This document shows positions 7,444 to 14,716 of a DNA stretch of 32,000 nt, piece after piece. Source of the stretch: an uncultured Chloroflexia bacterium. Lineage in GTDB: Bacteria > Chloroflexota > Anaerolineae > Anaerolineales > Anaerolineaceae. Under the pieces are notes generated by a model. It was given only the letters and a program-made list of their open reading frames with translations. It searched no databases and was not told where the DNA came from. Location: positions 3,450,001 to 3,482,000 of the forward strand of contig OY969938.1 in NCBI GenBank assembly GCA_963704755.1, given 5' to 3'. The position numbers and the translations under genes are program-made. The first letter of the stretch is position 1. Each line of letters starts with the position of its first letter.

Positions 7444-9267
7444 ATGCGCCGTTTCTATTTCCAGCGTTCGTCCGGCCGGCTTTTGTTTGCTTTACTGATT
7501 ATCTCGATGCTGCTGGTTACGGGCGGCTGCGGTGGAAAGGCCGCCTCCCCTACGCCCAGTTTGACGCCTACCGATACGCTCATCCCCACGTCCACGCCGC
7601 GGCCGACGGCTACTTTGACGCCCACCATTACCCCCACGCCCCCGCCGGCCGCCAACCAGGTCGATTTTCCCGTCCGGGCAATTGTGTACCGCCCCTGGAC
7701 GACGGCCGACTGGGCGAATGTGACCCTCCAGCCTGAGAGCGGCCCGTACGATTCCAGCGATCCCAAGATTTTGGCAAAGCAGATCACCGAAATGCAGTCT
7801 GCCGGCATCCAGGTGGGCTTGCTGCCCTGGAATGGCGAAGAATCGGACGCCCAGCTCGAGGCAATTTTCGCGGCCAGCCAAGACAGCGGCTTTTTGTGGG
7901 CGCTGCTGGATGAGACCGAGAAAAACGGTGATCCGGCCAGCGGGCAAATCACGCTGGATTTGCAGCACATCCAGAAGACTTTCGGTGACCTGCCCAATTA
8001 CCTTCAAGTAGATCGCCGCCCGGTGGTGTTCGTGGACGTCGAGGAGCAGGACGACGGCTGCGGGATGACCACCCGCTGGCGGGATGGAAACACCCCCAAG
8101 GCTTACCTGGTGATGCAGGCCATTCCCAATTACAGCACCTGTGCCGCCCAGCCCGATCACTGGATGGACCTGTATCCCGACACACCCGCCGACCCGCCGG
8201 TCACGGACAGCTACACCCTGGTGGCCCAGTCCTGGCACCCCTACGACCTGGCCGGCAAGCAGACTGCCCTGGATCAGTGGGGCCGGGACGTGCTCAAGAT
8301 GGCCGGCCTGCACCCGGATTTAGAGATCATCGAGTTGTTCAACGACTTTGCAGCCCAGGATAATATCGAGTTGGCCGAGGGCTGGGCCGGGGCCGGCCAA
8401 TACTTTCTGGATGTGCTGGCGGCCAACGGTAAGGGCTACCAGGACCTGATGGCCAAGGCGCTTTCCTCCGGTGAGGTCATTATGGTGGGGGCCGGCAATA
8501 TCGCGGTATGCGGTTCCTCCGGCACCCAGGCCACCGCCGACCTGCTCGGGCAGATCCAGGGCACCATTTTTACGGCCGGCAATAATGCTTACGACCGGGG
8601 CACCTTCCAGGAGTTTGCCCAGTGTTTCGACCCGACCTGGGGGCAATATAAATCGCGGATATACCCGGCGGTAGGGGATAATGATTACCTGACCGGTGGC
8701 GCCACGCCTTACTTCCAATATTTTGGTGAGCGGGCCGGCGACCCCTCTAAAGGCTATTACAGTTTCGACGCCGGATCCTGGCACGTGGTGGTGCTCAACA
8801 GCGTCTGCCGTTCCGCCGGCGGCTGCGGCCTGGATTCGCCCCAGGTGGCCTGGTTGAAGGATGACCTGGACAGCCACACCAGCCAGTGTACCCTGGCCAT
8901 CTGGCAATCCCCGCTCTATTCTTCCGGCCAGATCGGCGGAACCAAGAGCGTACTGCCCTTCTGGACTGTGCTCTATGACGCTGGCGCCGATGTAGTGGTC
9001 AATGGGCTGGACCGGGATTATGAGCGCTTTGCGCCCATGGACCCCTTCGGTACCCTGGACCAGGACAAGGGCATCCGCGAGTTTGTAGTCGGCACCGGCG
9101 GCGGAGGCGTACGCCCGATGAACTCTCCCCAGCCGAACAGCGAATATACGATCGCTTATACCTACGGGGTGCTCGAGCTGAAGCTCAAGAAGGGCTCCTA
9201 CTCCTGGGAGTTCGTCCCCCAGGCCGGCATGGGCGCCACCGACAGCGGGGACGGGGAATGCCATTAG
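7444..9267 (+). CDS. Secreted lipoprotein: Thr/Pro-rich linker, GH99-like middle region (weak), C-terminal metallophosphoesterase-like domain
   Basis: ATG 7444 is preferred: GGGAGGGG lies just upstream, and MRRFYFQRSSGRLLFALLIISMLLVTGGC reads as a signal peptide with a lipobox-like Cys. A TPTxTP linker follows. VYRPWT...GPYDSSDP...AGIQVGLLPWNG resembles GH99-like proteins. The C-terminal blocks match the AGDIAxC/GDNAY/GNHEY/GHDHxYERF phosphoesterase family, with substitutions described in the findings. Confidence 0.8.
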   Translation: MRRFYFQRSSGRLLFALLIISMLLVTGGCGGKAASPTPSLTPTDTLIPTSTPRPTATLTPTITPTPPPAANQVDFPVRAIVYRPWTTADWANVTLQPESGPYDSSDPKILAKQITEMQSAGIQVGLLPWNGEESDAQLEAIFAASQDSGFLWALLDETEKNGDPASGQITLDLQHIQKTFGDLPNYLQVDRRPVVFVDVEEQDDGCGMTTRWRDGNTPKAYLVMQAIPNYSTCAAQPDHWMDLYPDTPADPPVTDSYTLVAQSWHPYDLAGKQTALDQWGRDVLKMAGLHPDLEIIELFNDFAAQDNIELAEGWAGAGQYFLDVLAANGKGYQDLMAKALSSGEVIMVGAGNIAVCGSSGTQATADLLGQIQGTIFTAGNNAYDRGTFQEFAQCFDPTWGQYKSRIYPAVGDNDYLTGGATPYFQYFGERAGDPSKGYYSFDAGSWHVVVLNSVCRSAGGCGLDSPQVAWLKDDLDSHTSQCTLAIWQSPLYSSGQIGGTKSVLPFWTVLYDAGADVVVNGLDRDYERFAPMDPFGTLDQDKGIREFVVGTGGGGVRPMNSPQPNSEYTIAYTYGVLELKLKKGSYSWEFVPQAGMGATDSGDGECH

Positions 9268-9500
9268 GTGTTGCGGTGATTCAGTGATTCAGTGATTCGG
9301 TGTCACGGTGAAACAGTGTCGGGTGTCGAGTGTCAAGGACAGTGATGCAGTGTTTCGGTGATACGGTGAATCAGTGTCGGGTGTTAGGGCAGTGATGCGG
9401 TGTTTCGGTGATACGGTGAATCAGTGTCGGGTGTCAGGACAATGAAATGGTGTTTCGGTGACGCGGTGAATTGGTGTCAGGTGTCATGGGGTGGGTATGG
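9268..9500 (+). repeat. Octamer-phased GT-rich word repeat, block B (forward)
   Basis: Starts at the nucleotide after stop codon 9265-9267. GTG recurs at 9268, 9276, 9284, 9292, 9300, 9308 and 9316. Three 50-bp higher-order units start at 9340, 9390 and 9440. Confidence 0.9.
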
Positions 9501-9590
9501 GTTCCGGTTAACTCGGGAAATTCGATTCTTAAGAGCTACTTAGCATTAACCGGCTTCCAAAGTTGAGCTCCTATTGCCATTCCTGCGTAG

Positions 9591-9663
9591 GGGCGAAGCC
9601 GCCGGATGACAGGCTTGGATAGGAAAGGTGTATTGGCTCCGGCCGCTTCGCCCGCCATTGTAA
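9591..9663. repeat. Long-loop hairpin with GCGAAGC in the stem
   Basis: GGGCGAAGCCGCCGG (9591-9605) pairs with CCGGCCGCTTCGCCC (9649-9663): 15 bp with one mismatch and a 43-nt loop. Confidence 0.5.
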
Positions 9664-9740
9664 AGATTTCATCAGGTTATGAATAGGAAGCGAACACCGC
9701 ATTCAGCAATTCCCTGGCTTTCCGGAAAGTGCCGATTGCC

Positions 9741-9830
9741 GGGTGCCGCGTGTCGAGGGAGTGATTCGGTGTGTCTAGTGTCGAGTGTCAGGTTTCAAGT
9801 GTCAGGGGCGGTGTGTCGTGGTTTGGGCGG
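9741..9830 (+). repeat. Octamer-phased GT-rich word repeat, block B2 (forward)
   Basis: GTGCCGCGTGTCGAGGGAGTGATTCGGTGTGTCTAGTGTCGAGTGTCAGGTTTCAAGTGTCAGGGGCGGTGTGTCGTGG uses the same word vocabulary as blocks A and B. Confidence 0.8.
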
Positions 9831-9852
9831 TTGAGGTATGACCAGGTTTTCC

Positions 9853-9902
9853 GTTGTCATTGCGAACCCTGGGCGCTCTTACCAGGCTGTGGCAATCTCA
9901 AC
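9853..9902 (+). repeat. 50-bp hairpin repeat, family C, copy 2
   Basis: GTTGTCATTGCGAACCCTGGGCGCTCTTACCAGGCTGTGGCAATCTCAAC. It is a direct-orientation match to 7238-7287. Confidence 0.85.
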
Positions 9903-10011
9903 ACCGGGGATACGAAAGGCTCCCTACTTGCGCGTAGTGCATTTTTCGGTCTATAAAGGGTATACTCTTTCTCGAAGATTTTTTTCATTACAATAACCAG
10001 GGAGGAAGTCG

Positions 10012-11142
10012 ATGAAGATTTTGCTGCGGAACGATTCGTCCAGAAAATGGGAAACGGTTGAGGCGGCGGAGTATTCGGCGGAGCAGGAATTGCAGCGGCT
10101 GCTGGCCGAAGACCCTTCCTTGATCTCCCTCCAGGAAGTGCGGGAAGACGCTAAACCGCTCCTGGTGGGGGTGCGCGAGGTCGGTCTGCCGGGGTCGGGG
10201 AGCACGGACATTATGGCCTTCAGCCCCGACGGCGATATCGCCATCATCGAGTGCAAGCTGGCGGCGAATGCCGAGATCAAGCGTAAAGTCGTCGGCCAGA
10301 TTCTCGAATATGGCGCATTCCTGTGGGGAATGCGGTATGAAGATCTCAACGAGCTGATTAGCCGCAAGACCAATGCAGACCTGGCAGATTGGGTTGGAAA
10401 TGCCTGCACTTCGTTGGGTATCCCGGATTGGGACGAGGAAGGATTTCGCAACAATATTCAGGAAAGGCTCTCGGACGGTTCGTTCATTCTGATCATCGCG
10501 GTCGATGAAATGAACGAAGAGCTCTCCCGGACGATCCGGTTCCTGAACGGCTGCGGCAGCCCGTCCTTCGTGTTCACGGCCCTGGAAATGCGCCGCTTCC
10601 AAAAAGGCAAGACCGAGATCCTGGTCCCGCATCTTTTCGAGACCGGGCCTTCCAAAACAACCGAAATTCATCGGAGGCCGCAATGGACGAAGACAGAATT
10701 TTTTGAAGCGGCAAAAAATGCCTTGTCTCCGGGAAAAAGCGAAATCATCCAAGATTTGTACGATTGGGCCAGGGCAAAGGCCGATCGGGTATGGTTCGGG
10801 ACCGGTAAAGAACTCGGGTCTTTCACGTTTCATTACTTTCAAAACAAGAAAACCGTTTCGGTCTTTTCGATTTATACGAACGGTGATTTCTTCTTGAATT
10901 ATGGGTATTTGTCACAGCAGATGGATAGGGGCTTGCTGGAATGGTTTCACCAGGAATTGATTAGAACCCCCATTTTCGCAAATGTTCCAGCGGATTTCAA
11001 CAAGTTTCCTTCGCTGACCATCGATGAAGAATGGATCAGCCAACCTGAAAGCATCCAAAGAATTCAAAACGATTGTGGAAGAATTAAAGGTCTGTTTGGA
11101 CCAGGCGCCTTCGCTTGGGTAAAATGGTTAATGTCCAGGTAG
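10012..11142 (+). CDS. NucS/DUF91-like PD-(D/E)xK nuclease domain protein with uncharacterised C-terminal half
   Basis: 376-aa ORF with GGGAGG 7 nt upstream. GSTDIMAFSPDGDIAIIECKLAANAEIKRKVVGQILEYGAFL fits the D...(D/E)xK...Q..Y pattern of NucS-like restriction-fold nucleases. I recognise nothing in residues ~210-376. The local sequence is AT-richer than the surroundings. Confidence 0.7.
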   Translation: MKILLRNDSSRKWETVEAAEYSAEQELQRLLAEDPSLISLQEVREDAKPLLVGVREVGLPGSGSTDIMAFSPDGDIAIIECKLAANAEIKRKVVGQILEYGAFLWGMRYEDLNELISRKTNADLADWVGNACTSLGIPDWDEEGFRNNIQERLSDGSFILIIAVDEMNEELSRTIRFLNGCGSPSFVFTALEMRRFQKGKTEILVPHLFETGPSKTTEIHRRPQWTKTEFFEAAKNALSPGKSEIIQDLYDWARAKADRVWFGTGKELGSFTFHYFQNKKTVSVFSIYTNGDFFLNYGYLSQQMDRGLLEWFHQELIRTPIFANVPADFNKFPSLTIDEEWISQPESIQRIQNDCGRIKGLFGPGAFAWVKWLMSR

Positions 11143-11444
11143 AGGTTGGAATTTCAGAAAACCATCGATTTAAGCGTACCTGATCTCACGAATTTAGAAT
11201 CTGAACTCTGAAGCCTGTGGAACATGGTCTGGCGTCGTAGATTGAAAATTTAATCTTTGTACGAGCAGACTGCGGTGCGCCAAAAATAGACTATTCGAAA
11301 TCCAGAATATTCAGCGAATTCAATTCTTGGTGATGTGAGCATAATTTTTACAAATTCCGCTCAGATTTCTATCACTAAAGCGTTTTATCAACCAATAAGG
11401 GCCGTTTTATATGGCCAGCATTTGGACGTAATGATGGAAATTAA

Positions 11445-11697
11445 AAATATTGCCGAACCTGCTTCCGAAGCCCCAATCTGGCAAGTGCAAAGAATCCCCC
11501 CTTCGCCCCCCTTGCGGAGGCTGTGAAGAACTTTCAGGCATATATTTGTTGTCATGGAATAACCAGTTCTCAAGAATTGATCGCATATCTATATTTCTTC
11601 ACAACCTCCAAGGGGGGAATGTGTGCCGGTTCTTGCCCCCTTCCTAAGGGGGGCGGGGGATTCTTGAATTAGCCTGGAGACCAGCAAATTGGATTAC
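11445..11697 (-). repeat. Nested-hairpin element, family E, single-unit copy (inverted relative to the 27.7 kb copy)
   Basis: Arms CCCCCCTTGCGGAGGCTGTGAAGAA (11506-11530) and TTCTTCACAACCTCCAAGGGGGG (11595-11617) lie inside the outer repeats AATCCCCCCTTCGCCCCCC and GGGGGGCGGGGGATT. Both flanks are homologous, as reverse complement, to the flanks of 27664-28057. Confidence 0.8.
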
Positions 11698-11762
11698 GTG
11701 GTTTATTTCTTGATTTTCACTGATACGCCCATAATAGAAAGAATCACATAGCAATCGAAGGG

Positions 11763-11978
11763 ATGCAATGGCTGATTTGCCTGCTCACGCGCTATCCCAA
11801 TCACGTCATTGATATCAATGACATGATTGCCAATGCCCTGGGTGTGCTGCTCGGCTATGGCTGTTTCCGCCTGTTCGGGCAGATTTATCTCCGGACTGCA
11901 AACCACGTCGATTTCATGCAATGCAGGTTTGGCCAATACATTTACGACGTCGTCCATCCACCGCAACGGCAGCACTGA
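11763..11978 (+). pseudogene. VanZ-family C-terminal fragment (probable gene remnant)
   Basis: The 71-aa ORF contains HVIDINDMIANALGVLLGYGCF, which matches the conserved C-terminal D-x-D-D-hydrophobic-x-N-x-x-G-x-x-x-G-Y block of VanZ-like proteins. The expected N-terminal transmembrane part is absent, and the family E element lies where it should be. Confidence 0.4.
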
Positions 11979-12016
11979 TACACCGAAACACTGAATAACC
12001 GAATCACTGAATCACT
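11979..12016 (-). repeat. Octamer-phased word repeat, block C (reverse complement orientation)
   Basis: TACACCGAAACACTGAATAACCGAATCACTGAATCACT starts directly after stop codon 11976-11978. Confidence 0.8.
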
Positions 12017-12128
12017 TCCCGCACTTCGGCCCAGTTTCAATGCGGTTTTTGATTATAATTGTATAGTCCGGCTATCGTAGTTACCGCGCCAAAGGGCGTG
12101 ATAAAAATTGAACGAGGGAGTATTTAAA

Positions 12129-13079
12129 ATGATTGTTACTACGAAAGAGTTGTTTCAAGCAGCTTATGGCAAGTATGCGATCGGGGCTTATAACATCAAC
12201 AACCTGGAACAGATTATGGGGTTGTTCCAGGGCAACATGGATAGTAAAGCTCCGTTCATTATTCAAATCAGCAAGGGAGCCCGCTCTTATACTGACAAAA
12301 TCATGCTCGAAGGGCTGATCCGCAGCGCCGATCAGGTCTTCCCGGATGCAATCTTCGCCGTCCACCTGGATCACGGCGACGAGGCCTCCTGCTACGATTG
12401 CATCAACAGCGGGTTCTATTCCTCGGTCATGATCGATGCGAGTGGTGAAGATTTCGAATCGAATATCGCCACCACCCACCGGGTGGTCGAAGCTGCCCAC
12501 GCCAAGGGAATTGTGGTCGAGGCGGAGTTGGGCCAGTTGGGCGGCGTGGAAGAACACGTGGCGGTGGACGAGGCTAATGCCAAATTGACCGATCCGGCCA
12601 AGGCGCGCGAATTCGTCGAACGCTCGGGCTGTGATTCGCTGGCGGTGGCAATCGGCACCAGCCACGGGGCCTATAAATTCTCCGGCGCCCAGGGGCTGCG
12701 CTTCGATGTCCTCAGCGATATCCAGGGCCGGCTGCCCGGCTTCCCGCTGGTCATGCACGGCAGCAGCTCGGTGCCGCAAGAAGAAGTCGAGCGCATCAAC
12801 GCGGCCGGCGGCCAGATGAAGGGCGCCAAGGGCGTGGACGAGAACAAATTCAAACAGGCTGCCGGCCTGGGCGTGTGCAAGGTCAACATCGATACCGATG
12901 GCCGCCTGGTCTGGACGCGCGTACACCGCGAATATTTCCGCGATCACCCCGAGAATTTCGACCTGCGCCCGATCGGCAAGGTGTTCATGGCCGAATACGC
13001 CAAATTTATTGCCCACAAGAATGAGAAATTAGGCAGCGCCGGCCATTTGGACGAGTTACGCTCGGTTGTAAAAGCCTAG
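12129..13079 (+). CDS. fba: Fructose-1,6-bisphosphate aldolase, class II
   Basis: MIVTTKELFQAAYGKYAIGAYNINNLEQ, VHLDHG and GTSHGAYKF are class II FBA signatures. ATG 12129 is preferred because GAGGGAG lies 8 nt upstream. Confidence 0.9.
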   Translation: MIVTTKELFQAAYGKYAIGAYNINNLEQIMGLFQGNMDSKAPFIIQISKGARSYTDKIMLEGLIRSADQVFPDAIFAVHLDHGDEASCYDCINSGFYSSVMIDASGEDFESNIATTHRVVEAAHAKGIVVEAELGQLGGVEEHVAVDEANAKLTDPAKAREFVERSGCDSLAVAIGTSHGAYKFSGAQGLRFDVLSDIQGRLPGFPLVMHGSSSVPQEEVERINAAGGQMKGAKGVDENKFKQAAGLGVCKVNIDTDGRLVWTRVHREYFRDHPENFDLRPIGKVFMAEYAKFIAHKNEKLGSAGHLDELRSVVKA

Positions 13080-13089
13080 AGCCCGGATA

Positions 13090-13143
13090 ATACCCACACA
13101 AAAACAGACCCGCGGTACCGCGGGTCTGTTTTTGTGTGGGTAT
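13090..13143 (+). terminator. Strong intrinsic terminator after fba
   Basis: A perfect 54-nt palindrome, ATACCCACACAAAAACAGACCCGCGG / CCGCGGGTCTGTTTTTGTGTGGGTAT. The inner GC-rich stem is followed by TTTTTG. Confidence 0.85.
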
Positions 13144-13351
13144 ATCTGCTCGGCCAAACACCTCAATTTCGAAAACTTCCTGCTGAGGCCTGAGTAGTAC
13201 CCTTTTTGAGTATTGGCGGTTGCGAACCGGGGACATTTGCCCTAAAATGGATGAAATTCCTGTTGCTTGTGCAACCCGGAAAAAAGACGGCGGCTATTCG
13301 GCCGGCGACCGGGTAACCAATTCCCAACAAACTCAATTAAAGAGGATACTT

Positions 13352-14716
13352 ATGCGGGATCGCCTGTCTCGGCTTACCAAGCTGGTCTATGGATTCGGTG
13401 ACACGGGCTTTAGCCTGACCGCGACGATCATCGGGGCTTATTTTGCCATTTTTCTCACCGATGTGGTCGGCATTTCACCGGGCACGGCGGCTATCGCCAT
13501 TTTCGTCGGCCGCACCTGGGATTACATCAACGACCCGATCATCGGGCACCTTTCCGACCGCACCCGCACCCGCTGGGGCCGGCGGCGTCCGTTCCTGCTG
13601 TTCGGCGCCATCCCCTTTGCGCTGGTCTATGTGCTGCTGTGGTACCGCCCACCCTTCGAGAGCCAGGTGGCGCTGGCGATTTATTACGCACTGGCCTACA
13701 TCTTATTCGATTCGGCGGCCACATTTGTGTACATGCCCTATTACGCTCTGACGCCCGAGCTGACTTCTAATTACGATGAGCGTACTTCGCTGACGACCTA
13801 CCGCATGTTCTTTTCGATCCTGGGCAGCCTGATCGCCTTCACCATCCCCCTGCTGATCGTGGGCTCTTTCCGCCCGGAGAACGCCTCGCACGTGCTGCTG
13901 ATGGGGGCTATCTTTGCTGCCGTCAGCGCCGTGCCGCTCTTTCTGGTCTTTTTGGGGACCCGCGAGCGCCAGGAGTATTCCGAGCTGGCCCAGCCGGGAC
14001 TGAAAGAATCGCTGAAAGCCGCGGGCCAGAACCGCCCGTTTATTTTCGGCATGGTTATTTTCCTGCTGACCTGGGTTTCGATTGACCTGTTACAGGTTTC
14101 TTTGCTGTATTTCCTAAAATATGTGGTCCACCGCGAAGCCCAGAGTGACCTGATCATGGCGGTCATTTTCATCACGGCCATAATCTTCCTGCCTTTCTGG
14201 GAGTGGGCTTCGCGGCGCTGGAACAAGCGCAAGGCCTACGCGGCCGGGATCGCTTTTTGGGCGGTAGTGCAAATCGTGCTGATCACCATGTCGCCCTCTA
14301 CGCCCCTGGCGGTCATCTTGACCCTGTGCGTGCTGGCCGGCATCGGAGTCAGTTCGGCGCATGTGCTGCCCTGGTCGATCATCCCGGATGCGATCGAGTA
14401 CGACGAATGGAAGACCGGCGAGCGCCATGAGGGCATGTTCTACAGCCTGGTCACCCTGGCCCAAAAAGTGGCCTCGTCGATTGCCATCCCGCTGATCTTG
14501 TGGATGCTGGGTGCCACCGGCTATGTACCCACGGCTGCGGTCCAGCCGGCCAGCGCGGTGACCGGCATCCGCCTGGCGATTGGGCCGATCCCGGCCCTGC
14601 TGTTGTGCGGCGGCATCGTTTTTGCGATTCTCTACCCGCTCAACCGCGAGAGCCACCAGAAGATCGTGCGTGAATTAGAAGAGCGTCACGCCGCCCTGAA
14701 AGAAGGCGCCGCTTGA
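13352..14716 (+). CDS. GPH-family (glycoside-pentoside-hexuronide:cation) MFS symporter
   Basis: DPIIGHLSDRTRTRWGRRRPFLL is the GPH signature loop, and about 12 hydrophobic segments are visible. ATG 13352 is preferred, with AGAGGA 7 nt upstream. Confidence 0.85.
   Translation: MRDRLSRLTKLVYGFGDTGFSLTATIIGAYFAIFLTDVVGISPGTAAIAIFVGRTWDYINDPIIGHLSDRTRTRWGRRRPFLLFGAIPFALVYVLLWYRPPFESQVALAIYYALAYILFDSAATFVYMPYYALTPELTSNYDERTSLTTYRMFFSILGSLIAFTIPLLIVGSFRPENASHVLLMGAIFAAVSAVPLFLVFLGTRERQEYSELAQPGLKESLKAAGQNRPFIFGMVIFLLTWVSIDLLQVSLLYFLKYVVHREAQSDLIMAVIFITAIIFLPFWEWASRRWNKRKAYAAGIAFWAVVQIVLITMSPSTPLAVILTLCVLAGIGVSSAHVLPWSIIPDAIEYDEWKTGERHEGMFYSLVTLAQKVASSIAIPLILWMLGATGYVPTAAVQPASAVTGIRLAIGPIPALLLCGGIVFAILYPLNRESHQKIVRELEERHAALKEGAA

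Noticed and set aside
10012-11697. RNA-guided nuclease pairing (NucS-like nuclease with the downstream family E structured element)
   Set aside because: The second, larger family E copy at 27.7 kb has no nuclease nearby. The element is in the opposite orientation to the gene and is separated from it by 300 nt of AT-rich DNA. Nothing in the sequence links them.
11703-11975. 90-aa minus-strand ORF opposite the VanZ-like fragment
   Set aside because: It has no recognisable signature, whereas the plus-strand frame carries the VanZ C-terminal motif. Neither may be expressed.
12081-13016. Long antisense or out-of-frame shadow ORFs. Examples: 12081-13016 minus, 28133-29323 plus, 8320-9264 minus, 7492-8313 minus, 9988-10842 minus, 2277-2894 minus, 14686-15399 minus, 22733-23536 minus, 30742-31440 minus, 21741-22472 minus, 21782-22513 plus, 5220-5936 plus, 17021-17779 plus.
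   Set aside because: Each overlaps a CDS with clear family signatures on the other strand or in another frame. Their translations are Arg/Gly/Pro/Ala-rich with no recognisable motifs, as expected for open frames in GC-rich DNA.
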